This document shows positions 8,489-21,100 of a DNA stretch of 55,754 bases, piece by piece. Below the pieces are notes generated by a model. The model did not search any database, was not told the DNA's origin, and saw only the letters and a program-made list of their open reading frames with translations. The DNA comes from a virus (taxonomy: Duplodnaviria > Caudoviricetes), in IMG/VR virus record IMGVR_UViG_3300033146_000323, positions 1 to 55,754 of that record. The stretch is one strand, 5' to 3'. Within the stretch, counting starts at the first letter, position 1, and every line of letters begins with the position of its first letter. A program made the position numbers and the translations under genes.

Positions 8489-9693
8489 TAGATAAGGCGG
8501 TTGAGATTTGCACGAAACATAATTTCGTGTACTTAGCAATGGAGGTCCGCACCGGCAAGACGCTTACAAGTCTTGGGATAGCACAAGCGTTGGGGTGTAG
8601 AAATGTTTTATTTGTTACAAAGAAGAAAGCCATTAGTAGTATTCAATCTGATTATGAATTACTTAACCCATCGTATGGATTTAGAGTTATCAATTACGAA
8701 TCATTACACAAGGTAGACCACCTTGATTATGAAATGATTATCGTGGATGAAGCTCATACACTTGGAGCTTTTCCTAAGCCATCCAAGAGAGCAAAAGATG
8801 TGGGAGAACTTATAAAGAAGTACAACCCATATGTTTGTTTGATGTCAGGAACCCCAACACCTGAGAGTTACAGTCAGATGTATCATCAGGTGTATGGGAT
8901 TCCAAATAATCCTTTCAAAGAACACAAATCTTTCTACAAGTTTGCTCGTGAGTATGTAAACGTGAGGCAGAGAAAAATCAATTCACTGTATGTAAACGAT
9001 TACTCGAATGGTCTGCAAACTATTCTTGACAGAATGAAACCATACACTATTTCTTTCACGCAGAAAGAGGCAGGATTTATAAATGAAATAAATGAATCTA
9101 TCCTACGGGTTACGATGAATGATATTACATATACGATGACTGCCCTGCTAAAAAAAGATAGAGTATTAGAAGGGGGAGAAGAAGTAATACTTGGCGATAC
9201 TCCTGCCAAGCTAATGCAAAAGCTACATCAACTATATTCAGGAACGTGTAAGTTTGAAAGCGGAAACAGTCAAGTGTTTGACTATACCAAAGCGGAGTTT
9301 ATTCAAGATAGATTTAGAGATAAGAAGATTGCTATCTTCTACAAATTCAAAGCCGAGTATGAAGCACTGAAAGAAGTCTTCGGTAAAAAAAATATCACAC
9401 AAGAACTTAGTGTCTTCAAAGACACAGACTGCAAAGTGATTGCTCTACAAATAGTTAGTGGTCGAGAAGGTATATCCTTACGTGAAGCTGATGCCTTAAT
9501 CTACTACAACATAGACTTCAGTGCCACAAGTTATTGGCAAAGCCGTGACCGTATGACAACAAAGGAAAGAGAGCACAGTAAAGTGTATTGGATTTTCTCT
9601 GATGGCGGTATAGAAAAGGATATCTACAAGGCAGTAATCAAGAAGAAGGATTACACTGTCAACCATTTTAAAAGGGATTTATTATCTTTGTAA
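8455..9693 (+). CDS. SF2/SNF2-like helicase
   Basis: RTGKT, IVDEAH, SGTP, GREGISL, QSRDR motifs. Confidence 0.85.
   Translation: MFRYRKYQWEIIDKAVEICTKHNFVYLAMEVRTGKTLTSLGIAQALGCRNVLFVTKKKAISSIQSDYELLNPSYGFRVINYESLHKVDHLDYEMIIVDEAHTLGAFPKPSKRAKDVGELIKKYNPYVCLMSGTPTPESYSQMYHQVYGIPNNPFKEHKSFYKFAREYVNVRQRKINSLYVNDYSNGLQTILDRMKPYTISFTQKEAGFINEINESILRVTMNDITYTMTALLKKDRVLEGGEEVILGDTPAKLMQKLHQLYSGTCKFESGNSQVFDYTKAEFIQDRFRDKKIAIFYKFKAEYEALKEVFGKKNITQELSVFKDTDCKVIALQIVSGREGISLREADALIYYNIDFSATSYWQSRDRMTTKEREHSKVYWIFSDGGIEKDIYKAVIKKKDYTVNHFKRDLLSL
9410..9425. repeat. 16-bp palindrome, copy 7 (coding, S-V-F-K-D-T)
   Basis: GTGTCTTCAAAGACAC. Confidence 0.95.
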
Positions 9694-9694
9694 T

Positions 9695-9901
9695 ATGAGG
9701 TTCGTTAAATTTCTACTTGTTTGGATTAGTCAGAATTTAGCGATTCCTTTTTGGGTGGTGGGTCATATACACTTGTCCATCCATAATCTACACGATGTTG
9801 TAGAAATCTTATCATCCATTGGTATGAATGTAATCGTAGCCATTGGATTTTTAATCGACTATAATAATGACCGAGCAACAGATACAAAAGAAAAGAATTA
9901 A
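9695..9901 (+). CDS. small membrane protein
   Basis: Two hydrophobic segments; TATCTTTG -7 element at 9683-9690. Confidence 0.6.
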   Translation: MRFVKFLLVWISQNLAIPFWVVGHIHLSIHNLHDVVEILSSIGMNVIVAIGFLIDYNNDRATDTKEKN

Positions 9902-10106
9902 AGAATTGGAAGAGCAAGGTTATTACGTAATCAAATTAATTAAAACGAATAAAAATGGAATACCTGATTTGATAGCTATACCTCCGGGAAGTGAAGTTTT
10001 GTTTAGTGAAGTGAAAAAACCTGATGGTAAAGCGTCTAAGCTACAAGAGTACAGACTAAAAGAACTAACTAAATATGGCTTTAAAACTGAGATATATAGA
10101 GGATAA
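9867..10106 (+). CDS. VRR-NUC domain nuclease
   Basis: EQQIQ...GIPDL...EVK...SKLQ motif. Confidence 0.8.
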   Translation: MTEQQIQKKRIKELEEQGYYVIKLIKTNKNGIPDLIAIPPGSEVLFSEVKKPDGKASKLQEYRLKELTKYGFKTEIYRG

Positions 10107-10440
10107 CTATTACGAGGTAGAGGATTGGTTTGTGGAAAAACTACGAGAGTACCCGAGACTTATAGGGTTTGAAATAGCAAAGCAAGTAGAGTATAGTTGG
10201 GATACATTGCCTGAAAAATATGGGTGGACCCAACGTGTTGGTGGTGTATGTACACGCACCGAAGAACCATTCTTTTTTGAGGTTGAATATTTAAACCAAC
10301 CGGATGAAGCTCCTGTGTTCCTTGACGTTGAAGCTATTGAGGTAGACGATTACCTTGACTATATAATCGAAAAAAAAATACTTAAATCAAATAACAATGA
10401 AAGCGAGATTAGAACCACAGATAGCACAGAGTCTGATTGA
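10075..10440 (+). CDS. hypothetical protein
   Basis: ORF in operon. Confidence 0.6.
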   Translation: MALKLRYIEDNYYEVEDWFVEKLREYPRLIGFEIAKQVEYSWDTLPEKYGWTQRVGGVCTRTEEPFFFEVEYLNQPDEAPVFLDVEAIEVDDYLDYIIEKKILKSNNNESEIRTTDSTESD

Positions 10441-10924
10441 TATCATCAATGAGTACCTGTCTGTAGATATAAGAACCAAATCCCGAAAGCAGGAGATAGT
10501 AAACGGAAGAATGATATACTTTAAACTTCTGAGGGAACTCCACTATAACTATGCTGCCATCGCAAAAAGTATGGGTAAAAACCACGCAACAGTGATACAC
10601 GCAGTTAAAACTTTGAATAATTATTTAGAGTATGATGCTCAGATGATACGTGATTATGAGCTGATTCGGGACATCTTTTTTGATTCACACGGACTACATC
10701 CCCTGCATCTATCCTCACGTCAAGAGTTGATTTCTCGCTCAATTCATTTGGAAAAAGAAATAAAAAGTTTAAATTTGTTTATAACACAGTTGAAAGATAG
10801 TCTAAATAATTACAAAAAGTATGACCCTATCTTCGATTTGTTAAAGGAAAGAAGTCTCAAGTCAGAGACTCTTGGCTATGTAGAAAAGAAACTAAATCAT
10901 ATATTAAATGGCATACAACGTTAA
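10397..10924 (+). CDS. second DnaA domain-IV-like HTH protein with C-terminal coiled coil
   Basis: KSRKQEIVNGRMIY...AIAKSMGKNHATVIHAVK. Confidence 0.75.
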   Translation: MKARLEPQIAQSLIDIINEYLSVDIRTKSRKQEIVNGRMIYFKLLRELHYNYAAIAKSMGKNHATVIHAVKTLNNYLEYDAQMIRDYELIRDIFFDSHGLHPLHLSSRQELISRSIHLEKEIKSLNLFITQLKDSLNNYKKYDPIFDLLKERSLKSETLGYVEKKLNHILNGIQR

Positions 10925-11144
10925 TGATATAGAAAAGATTATAGACTTCTCTTCTTGGTCTAATAAGAAAAAGTTAGATGAGTTACTGAGAATTGATTGT
11001 GCACAGTACACATACTTGGGGTGCGATTCCACAAAGGCAGAGAAGGAGGCGGTGAAAAAGAACTCACGTAAGATATATAGATTAATTAAATCAAATCTGA
11101 ATCATCGAATGGGTTCAGAGTTTTTGATGGCAATGGATAAATAG
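10908..11144 (+). CDS. hypothetical protein
   Basis: ORF in operon. Confidence 0.7.
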   Translation: MAYNVNDIEKIIDFSSWSNKKKLDELLRIDCAQYTYLGCDSTKAEKEAVKKNSRKIYRLIKSNLNHRMGSEFLMAMDK

Positions 11145-11338
11145 TGGCAAGAAACATTTCATCCGTAGACTACGAAAGAGTTAGGTACATCAACACGTTG
11201 ATGGATGATTTGTATTCTCATCTCCCAAATATTTACGAGACTCTTGTCGATAAAGATATTGACAACGCAAGGTGTGAAATAAAAGCACTAATCCAAAAGC
11301 TCAAAGGTTTGCAAGAATCAATGGAGGATGAGCTCTAA
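11144..11338 (+). CDS. hypothetical protein
   Basis: GTG start overlapping the upstream stop. Confidence 0.6.
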   Translation: MARNISSVDYERVRYINTLMDDLYSHLPNIYETLVDKDIDNARCEIKALIQKLKGLQESMEDEL

Positions 11339-11717
11339 GAAATGCAGTAAGTGTGGAGTTGTAAAAGATATTTCAGAGTATTATCTGACCGGCAGGTACA
11401 CTCTTGCAGGAAAGAATATACCAAGAGCAAAGTGTAAGAGTTGTGTTGGTGATGTAAAGAATGAAAGGAGAGCCAACATACGTGCTTGGCTTAAACAGTT
11501 TAAAAGAAACTCTGCTTGTGCTAAGTGTGGATACTCAAAGGAAACGCATCCGGACTTTACTGCTAAGGCATTAGAGTTTCATCATCCGCAAGACAATAAA
11601 GAGTTTGCTATAGGTGAAGCACCGGGTAAAGGAATGGCTATTGAAAAAATCAAAAAAGAAATAGACAAATGCGTAATTTTGTGTGCACGATGTCATATGG
11701 AAATACACAATAAATGA
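11328..11717 (+). CDS. Zn-finger HNH endonuclease-like protein
   Basis: CSKC...CKSC; CAKC...LEFHH...LCARCHMEIH. Confidence 0.75.
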   Translation: MSSKKCSKCGVVKDISEYYLTGRYTLAGKNIPRAKCKSCVGDVKNERRANIRAWLKQFKRNSACAKCGYSKETHPDFTAKALEFHHPQDNKEFAIGEAPGKGMAIEKIKKEIDKCVILCARCHMEIHNK

Positions 11718-12124
11718 GATTCGAATCCAATAAAGACTTACAAAGAGAAAGAAAAGCTATAGAAAAATTTGTTAGCAGGTTCAAAGGAACATATAAAAAA
11801 CTTGGCGACAACGATGTGGACTATCGTGTGTTTGATGAGAACAACAAACTCATTGCTTACGCTGAAGTAAAAGGAAGATACAGAACAATAGCTAACGCAT
11901 ATCCTCTTCCGGTAGCAGCTCGTAAAGTTGTAAAGCTCTGTGACAAAAGACTAAACCCTGTAATGATATGGGCGTGTGATGATGGAATCATCTACGGTAA
12001 ACCTACGCACTTGCAGGGAGAAGTAAAGTGGGGTGGTAGGAAACCACGTGAAGGAGCAGTCAATGATGAAGAGCTAATGATATACTACGAGAAACAAAAA
12101 GAGTTTAGATACTTTAGATATTAA
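11714..12124 (+). CDS. PD-(D/E)XK-like nuclease
   Basis: VDY...YAEVKGR motif. Confidence 0.55.
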   Translation: MRFESNKDLQRERKAIEKFVSRFKGTYKKLGDNDVDYRVFDENNKLIAYAEVKGRYRTIANAYPLPVAARKVVKLCDKRLNPVMIWACDDGIIYGKPTHLQGEVKWGGRKPREGAVNDEELMIYYEKQKEFRYFRY

Positions 12125-15100
12125 TCTATTGGATAGAGCTTACCACCAACTTCTTTGTATCCCATTTCTTCAAGCATCTTCTTACGTAACTCTCTCTGTT
12201 CTTTCATTATTCTATCAGCCTCACCATAAACTTGTTCGTACAAATCAGGGTCGTATCTTTTCAAATCTGATTTATTTTTGATACCACCAATCGGCATAAT
12301 ACCTTTTACTGAAGAACCTTTCCTTCCGTATCCCGGTCTGTATGATTTAGTGATACCTAAGAAATCATAGATGTTATCGTAGAACTCGTCTTGTGTAGTG
12401 TCTCCAAAGACACCATCTTTTATAGCGTTATGCAATCCAATGAATGGGTCTACCTGTGCACCTAAAGCTAACTCGATTGTAGGAATCGCAATTGCTTTAA
12501 ACCAATCATCAGGGTTTTCTTTATAATTTCTATACATCTTACCTAATACTGCAGATACGGGATTTACTACATCATCAACAGGTTTTCTTGTTCCTCTTAT
12601 CCAATTAACACCCTCCTCTGCTGCCGCACCTAAGTATGGGAGTTGATATAGTAGGTTAAGACCAAGCATTGCGTCTTTAAGTTTTCTCATAAACGCATCT
12701 CTGTCTTCTTTGTCTCCACGTGTGAGTAGTGCAATGTTGGACATACCAACAAACAATACGTTTGCTACTGCATAGTTTAAATAGAATGCTCTCAAATCTT
12801 TTTTGGTTGGTCGAGCTTCCATTCCTTTTTTAAACTCTCCTTTTGCAAAGTGACCTATCGCAGTGGAGAATGCTCTTCCCATATTTGTTGCACTCTGCAT
12901 TACCTTGTTAATCTGCAAGAACAAGGTGCTACCAAACATAGTAAAACCTTTTGAGAGAAAGTCTCCTTGTAATTGTAGAGGAATCTTTTCTGTATTTCTT
13001 CTTGTCTGCTGAGTAGCATTGTAATCATTGAACTCTTCTAAGGCTTGTGCCTCACTCATACCATTGGCAATGTTACGCTTATAGTTAATGTAGTATCCCA
13101 TTACACCCATAATATCTCCAATGATAGTAGGTCTTGCTGCTAATCTTTTAAAGTTTCTACGAGCCGTTGCAAATCTACCCACACCTTTACCTGCAGGTTT
13201 AAATGTTTGACTACCTGATTCAAGACCGTATACATCTCCTTCTAATCCTTGCTCCACACGTGCATCAAATGTAGCTGACATCTTACGTGCTTTGGCGATT
13301 GCACCTTCTTTGCCTACAAGGTCTTTAGCCATTTCAAACATTACCCCTGCTCCATCTACCATAAACATTGCAAAGTCAATAGGTCCTTGTAATGCCTTTG
13401 GAAACTTACTGTCTTTTGGGAAATAGTTATACTGCTCAAACGCATTGATAAATGACGTGGCTTGTTTAGCTATCTGAATAACTTTAAATGCCAAAGCAAA
13501 AGATGTAAACTTACTTTGGAATCTTTCCATTAAACCCGGTGCATTTAATTTATCTGCTTTAAATGCAGACTGTGGGTTTACAGAGACATTGACTAATGTT
13601 TTTGTAAGTTTAAGTAATCCTGATGCTCTAAGTAAAGAATCAACCGCAGGTATCTGAAAGAACGCATTCAACTCTTGGACACCCGGAGCTAACGCTTTGT
13701 ATCTCTCCATAGTTTCCATATGGTTCATCAGCGTACCTGTAAACGTGCCTCCTTTTAAATCTATTTCACTAACTGTATCTACCCTGTCTTTAAATGCAGG
13801 TGCAGTTTCTGCAGAGAAGATACCATTGAAGTCTCCCTCGCTTAATAGTTGAGCATCTACCTCACTTCGTACAGTTTTGGTTGGGAAATAGTTTTCTATA
13901 AAACCTAAGTTAACTCCATTGACTTGTTTATAAACTGCATTGACTTCATTGAAAGATTCAGTGCTTAAATAATTTACCATCCTGTCTGCAAAATCTATAA
14001 GCTCAGGACCTAATGCGGTTTTGATGTCTTCAATATTTTGGTCTGTAAATCCTTGTCTCTCTAACTTAGCACGTTGAATAGGGTTCTTGCTCAGTGCATA
14101 GATTCTAAGCAACTGATTGGCATTGAATACTGATTTTCTTGGCTTATCAGTCTTAGCGTTTCTAACAGTGAATGTCATAGTGTTAGGAACTCCAACCTTA
14201 TTAACACCTAATGCTTTGTTTACGGCTAACTCTACACCCTCAATACCACCTTCAATACCTGATGCAGCAGCAATATCATTTATCTTCTTTCTCATCACTC
14301 GCATATTCTGCAGAGCGACCTCTTCCATTCTATTTAACTTACGGTATACTTTATCTCTAAACACATTGAGACCTTTGTTACTTCTATCTAAGAAGTTAGC
14401 GATGGTTCCTAAATGAGTAATGGTATTCTTCATTCTCGTGAGAAGACCATCTTTATCTCTTCCAAATAAATCCGTAACGATTTTAAGATATACTTTTTTG
14501 AGTATACCTTTTGCGGTAAAGTCTTTTGCTAAGTTGTCTCTGTCATCGTTTATTTCATTTATGTTTTTGACAGTGCCATCTTCTTCGAATAAATCAGGAT
14601 TAGTTTCTTGAATTTGATTAGTAACCTCCTCAGTTAATGCTGCTTTATCTGCGGCTTGTTTTAATCTTCTATTGTTAAAACGAAGTATTGATTCGGATTT
14701 CTGTTGTTTCACATCTTCAAGTAACGCTTGTGCTTCTTCTAACGTAGCATTATCAAGGTTAGAGAATTGGTCATAAGCCAACTGTAACTGCAACAAAGAC
14801 TCTTCTCTCAGCGTTAAGTCTTCATCATTCAATATTTTTGCAGACGCTGCATCAATCTCAGCTCTGTTTGCATCTAACTTATCTTTAATATCTTTTAGTT
14901 TTTGTGCACGTAACTCAGGGTTGGTAACCAATACTGCATCCATTACCGTTTTGATATTGGAGAATATTACCTGACCTACTGCATCAATACCTTTTGGTCT
15001 TGGCTTACCGGATTGTTTTCTTGGTCTTGCCTTAGCTTTTACTTCTTTATAAATGTCTTTAAGAACTTGCTTCTTAATCTTGCCACGCTCTTGGTCTACA

Positions 15101-18100
15101 ACCTTCATAACTTTTTCTGCCTGTGCTCTAAAGTTATCTGCATTGGTTTCTGTAACTGCTTTGATTAGTCTGTTTATCTGAGCTTGTGTATAGGTTTTAG
15201 ACTTTGGTAGGTTGGCTCTGATAAAGTTCTTCAATACTATCTGAGCATCACGCAAGTTTTCTCTTCCTATTTTTCTTTCTCTTAATGCTTGTCTGATAGC
15301 AGCCATATCTTGCGATACAGTTCTATTGCTTCTATATCCAAGAGACCTATCCAATCCGAGCTTCAACTCCATTTGAACCTGTTCGTTTTGCTCTTGGTAA
15401 ATTGGATTAGCTTCAAGTAACTCTTGAGCTTTCTGTCTAATCTCTGCAAATGATTTTACTCTACGTCTTCCAATAATGTTTGCTCTTCCTGATGTAGCAA
15501 ACTTTTGTAGTGCTACATTAACTTCATTGAACAACTTGGCTGCACGTAGAATACCACCTTCTCCTTCGATTCTTCTAAACTCACGAGGTATCTCATTAAA
15601 TAAATCTACCTGATAAGTCATCGCTTCATTTATCTCTGCAGCTCTGACTCCTCTACCTCTTAATACTTCACGTATAGATGCATCTGAATATCCATTCTCT
15701 CTACCTATCCTTACAATCTCTGCAACAGAATCATCTACTCTAAACATAGCGTCTGCCATATTCTCTGTTAGTGTGCTCATCTGTTTGTCCGTCATCTTAA
15801 TAGGTTTACCCTGTAAGATATCAGCCAATGCGACACCCAAGAACTCATCCATTGTAAGGTCTTGGATTTCTTCTACAGTTAAATCTTTAGATAGCTTGAA
15901 TGTATCTTTTACATAAGACCATACTGCCGTAATCCAATCTTTTAATTTTTGTTTTAGACTTGCATCAACAACACTCTGACCTTTGTTACCAATAAGAGTT
16001 GCTAAAGTTTCATCAACTGCTTTGTCTACATCACCGTTAAACTTCTTCAGAAACTTTTGGTAGGTTTCTGTTTGCATAGCAAGTGCTTTACCACGTGCAT
16101 ATAGTTTCTTTCCTTTTGGTGTGAGCTTCAAGGTCTCAGTCCATATGTGTCCCATCTCGTGAATAGCCGTGTTGAACAATTCACTTTCAGAATTATGCAC
16201 ATCTGAATTGATAAATATCTTTCCGTCTTGTGTCATACCATATGCCACCTGTCCTTCTTTCAAATAAGGTGTTACAAATGGACTTGATATTACACGATTA
16301 AACGTAGCTGAATCTGTAGATATATTTACAAATGGCATACTTCGGTTTAGGAAATCCATAAACCTACCCACATTATCAATACCTACTTTACTTGCAATGA
16401 ACTCTGTGTTAGTCATTCCCATTTGAACAGGAATCTTTTCCATCAGTCTTTGCTTCGCACTTCTTTGTCGGGTTTCTCCTCTTGCTTCTTGCTCTATCGC
16501 AAGTGCTATATTATTGTATGCTGCCGGGAACAATTCAAGAACTGATTGCGGTTGCTCTACAATACCTATTACTTTTCCTTTTGGACCTACCGGATAGTTA
16601 GGATGTGTCGTTGTTTCGATTTCAGGATTCAATACATCAATACCTGTAATCATAAACGCAGACCTTGTTGGTGTTTTTTCTAACTGCGGTTCTGTAATAA
16701 GGTCTGTTATAACTCCAAGATTTAGTTTGCTTCTCTCTTCTAATGTAGGTTTTTCACCAAGCAATGCTTTTGCCACAGGAGTAGAAGGGATACCCGGTGT
16801 TACCTTCTTGGCTGCAGGACTATTTGGTTTTCCGTATGCTATGTTTTGAGTAATAATATTTACTGAAGTAATACCTTTTAAATTTTCAAGAGCTTGAGGT
16901 GTAAGAATTTGGTCAATGCTTGTAGCGTTGATAGCTTCCATCATTGAAATCACATCATCAATCTGAGCTACTTTTTGTTCTGCTTGTTTGATTGTAGATG
17001 GAGTAGCATTGTTTCCGTTTTGTAGTTTACCTGTTTCTACAATCTTTAATTGCTTCTCTCTTTGAGAAAGGATTCTTTCATTAAATGCCTCGAGAGCTGC
17101 TACTTTGTTTTCTTGAGGGAAAGATTTAAGATTGTCTGCTAACACTCTTACAACTGCCTCATTACTTAGGATAGAGCTTGACTCCATCTTAACAATAACC
17201 ATAGGGACTAATCCATTGTATTCAGGATTTTGACCCCACCAATTGTCAAAGAACTCTTTATTGTTTTGATATACTTCAGTAGCAGCAGTTTGTTGTGCTT
17301 TTACTTTGGCTTCGTTTACACTTGCCCACGCAATGTTTTGATGTCCTTCAATACCATTGAAACCTATACCACCTTTCAAGTTATCTATTGTTGTACCCGT
17401 CAATGGATTTACAATATCACCTGTTCTTAGTTGGTCAGATATATTAAAGATTACAGGAACCCCGTCAATTACTTTCCATTCAACTGTTGGAATCGGATTG
17501 TCTACTCTACTATTTAGCTCCTCTATATCTATCTTAGGAGACTCAGGCATAGTTTCTTTTACCTCGTCCAACTCAATAACTGCACCGTCAGCATTAGCAC
17601 TCATAGCTGCAGCTATCTCATCCACCTGTCCTCTACCTTCTGTACTTAATTCTTCTTTTAATCTAAAGTCTATTCTTCCTCCTTTTTTATCTAAGGTTTG
17701 CTCGAGGTCAGCCGCTTCTTCTTTGAGTGTCTTTGAAGACACTATCTCATCAATACGTGATTGGTTTTGTTCAGCCACACGTGATTGAAACTTAGTAAGT
17801 GGTTTATCTGCTATCTGTTTATCAGCGATACCTGCAAGGATACCATCGAGCCTTGTTTCTTCTATGGTCTGATTATCAAATGCAGCAACATCTTTCTTTG
17901 TAGGTCTTACTACAGACTTAGGAACTACAATAGCTTCTGTTTCGGTTTCTACAGACACCTGTTCTTTTACAGGTAACCCGGCAGCTTTACGTTGTCTGTT
18001 AGACATACGCTCATCCATCTTAGGATTCCTTACGGTTGTAATGTCTACATCTTCAGTAGTCTGTATTTCACCTGCGGCTTCTGTTAAATATTCTTCATTA

Positions 18101-21100
18101 GACAAAGTGTTGTCTTTAGAAATATTTTGAACCCTATCATTACCTATTTTTAATTTTCTACTTCCATCAAGTTGAGTGGTAATGGTAGCACCTACCACAT
18201 CACCGTCAGGCATTTCTACAGTAAACTTCTGTTGTGATACGGGGATTTGACTATCGTTTAATCTTTCTACCTCAGTCTCCTCAGTGGTCTCAGGTTCTGT
18301 GGTTTGTTCCTGTTGAACGGTCCGTACCGCTTCTTCCAACGTCTGTACACCTCCGGTTCGTTGATTCGGAGATAATCCTCCTGTTTCTTGCTCTTGAATG
18401 GCATCTGTTCCAAATTTTTCAGTTAATATATCAGTTACTTCTTGGTCATTATCTACGGTTATGTTTGCACCTTTTAGTTTGGCAAGGGACATATCGTTGA
18501 TTCTGTTCAAGAATTTTCTACGAGTCAATGATTTACCATCGATTGTATATTTTGATTGTGCCGTTTCTCTGATATCAGTATCTGATGTTTGCTCAACAAG
18601 ACCTATACCTGCAACATTAGTTTGAAAACCTTGTGCGAATGTATTACCCTGCTGAATCTGTGCTTCAGTTGCGGTTTCTGCTTTTGGTCTAACCTTTTTT
18701 GTTTCTGCTAACTCTGCAAGTTCTGCATTTATTTCTTTGATTTTACCTGCGAATACTTGCTTTCTATTTGGTGTTGACTCAAGCTCTTGCTTGGCAGACA
18801 TCAACTCCATTGTTCTGTTTAGAACATCCGTATCTACACCACCTTTACCCTCAGTTGCTTCTAATACATTTATAGCATCCTGTCTTAATCCTAAGTTAAG
18901 CTGAATACGTTGGTTCGTTTCTTTGCTAATTTGACCGAGCTTCTCCATATTGTTTGCCCAATTAGAAACTCGTGTTGGTGATGGCTTAAATATTCCTCCA
19001 CCTAATTCTTTGTTCAATCCTTGTATTGTAGTTAGGTCATTGGCAATATTAGTATTATTTGTTTGCCTTAAATCCATAGCCATATTCAATGCAGCAAACG
19101 GAGCGTTGTTACCAATACCACCTAATGCTTCAGCAAATATTTCTTTGAACTCAATATCGTCACCTACATTTACTTGTGCAGCAAATTCACCCGTTGCTTC
19201 TGCTAAGGGGTCAAAGACCAAACGCTCACCTACTTGAGTGGCGAATCTTGTGCTTCGACTTGCGGTTTTACCAACCTTAAATACACGACCTGCAAGACCT
19301 GAAGAAAGCATATCTACTATGGCAATTGGGATACCTCTTTTTCTACCTCTATCACCACCTTCTGACCACACATTTTCATCAGTTAAAGCAGCCTCCATAT
19401 CTTTTGGATTGGTGATGTCATAGCCATTGCTTTTGGCTGCATCCATAATAGCATTAGTATATTCCAATGCATACGATGTAGCTGCAAAACCTGTTCTAAG
19501 ACCCCACATACCACCTGCAAGAGCACCACCTCCTGTGGTTAATACACCACCGGGTCCTGAAACAAACCCTGTTGAACCAATAACTGCTCCTGTACCTGCA
19601 CCGGATGCGGTAGATATACCAATGATTTTAGTTCCATATGGTAACATCTGACTAATACTGTTGGCGGCAAAACTAATCGCTAATTCTGCAGGGTTATCGC
19701 TAAACGCATCCCACGCTTCTCTAAAACCTTTTGCACTATGCCAACGAGACATCGCTCTACTAACCTGACCGGTATTAGATGCCTCCATATATTCTACAAT
19801 TCTTCGAGAAATTTGAGCAACAGTTTCTTCATCTTCAGTGTCTTCTAAACCAAGAGCTAATTTTAGTATTTCATTACCTGCTTTACCTCTGTTTAAGCCT
19901 TCGGTAATTTGTTGCTGCATTCCTGCATAGTTCTCTACTATTTCACCACGCAGTTCTTCATCAAACTTTCCTGATAAATAAGTTTGTGCTACTTCAAATT
20001 TATCTGCTGCTAACTGAGCTACATCTTTTGATGCTTGATGAGATGTTAAAAGAGCTTCACGCAGCTTGACACCCTCCGCATCATCCGGTACGTAATTATA
20101 TAATGCTTCTATACCCACCCCAAACTCTGCATATGAGTTTGCTTCAAGTTCATTTTGAATTACCTTAGTAGAGTAGTTGGTTGCAACCGCTTCGTTGTTA
20201 AGTTCTTGAAACTGTTTATCTATATACACATCAAAGTCTTCTCTTACTTCTTGTAAGTCATCATCTGTATATATATCTACTAAATCATCTACAATCTTTT
20301 GCTCACGTTTTAAAATATCTGCAGCATCTTGTCGGAGTATGCCTTTTTCATTGTACAAATAACCATACTTCTGTTGTTCTTCGGGAGTAAGGTTTTTTAA
20401 TTCTTGCCCTATACCTCTATCAAGTTTATCTTCAATGAAAAAAGCAGCATCTCTTGCTCTTTCATACTCATCAAATTGGTCTCTAATTGTTAGGTAATCA
20501 TAACCTCTTTCTCTAAAGAAACTTGTTCCTTCTGCATCTACATTTCGATAATCTTTCCAAGAACCTTCAGCAAACTTATTAGCTTCCTCTTCGGTGTCAA
20601 AGATAAATACCTCATCACGCTTGACTGCTTCTTCATATGCTTCCATACCATCTAACTCTGTCCAATAGTCAGGGTTAGTAGTTTGTACGTTAGGGTTGGT
20701 TGGAAACAGTGTTGGGTATACTACGTTTTTGCCATCTATTACGGCAGATTCAAACATAACTGTAGACTCTGTACCGTCTGCGTTTAAACGTGGTGTCTTA
20801 CGTAAGTTCTGTGCTTTTAAAGATGCTTGAGATATATTAGATTCTACCTCTTCTCTTGCCTCACTCGGCTTTTTTGCGTACTTGCTTATAAACTCTTTTA
20901 GCTTAGTTGATTCTTCTGTAGCAGTAGCATCAAAGAATGGGTCTAAATCTATTGTCTCTTCAACTACTTCGCCATTTGCTAAAACAGTAGTAACTACCAT
21001 AGCATCGCCTAAACCTGTTGGTCTAAATGTAAAGCCATACTTTGCATAAGTGTCGTTGAAATAAGGAATTGCTTCGTCTTCATCTAAGTTTATTTTGTCC

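Noticed and set aside
294-9425. Repeated palindrome as a CRISPR array or REP/MITE element
   Set aside because: Copies are about 1-3 kb apart, mostly intragenic and only 16 bp; no spacers, cas genes, transposase or target duplications
11328-11717. HNH gene as part of a group I intron or intein
   Set aside because: Free-standing and coupled to its neighbours; no interrupted host gene
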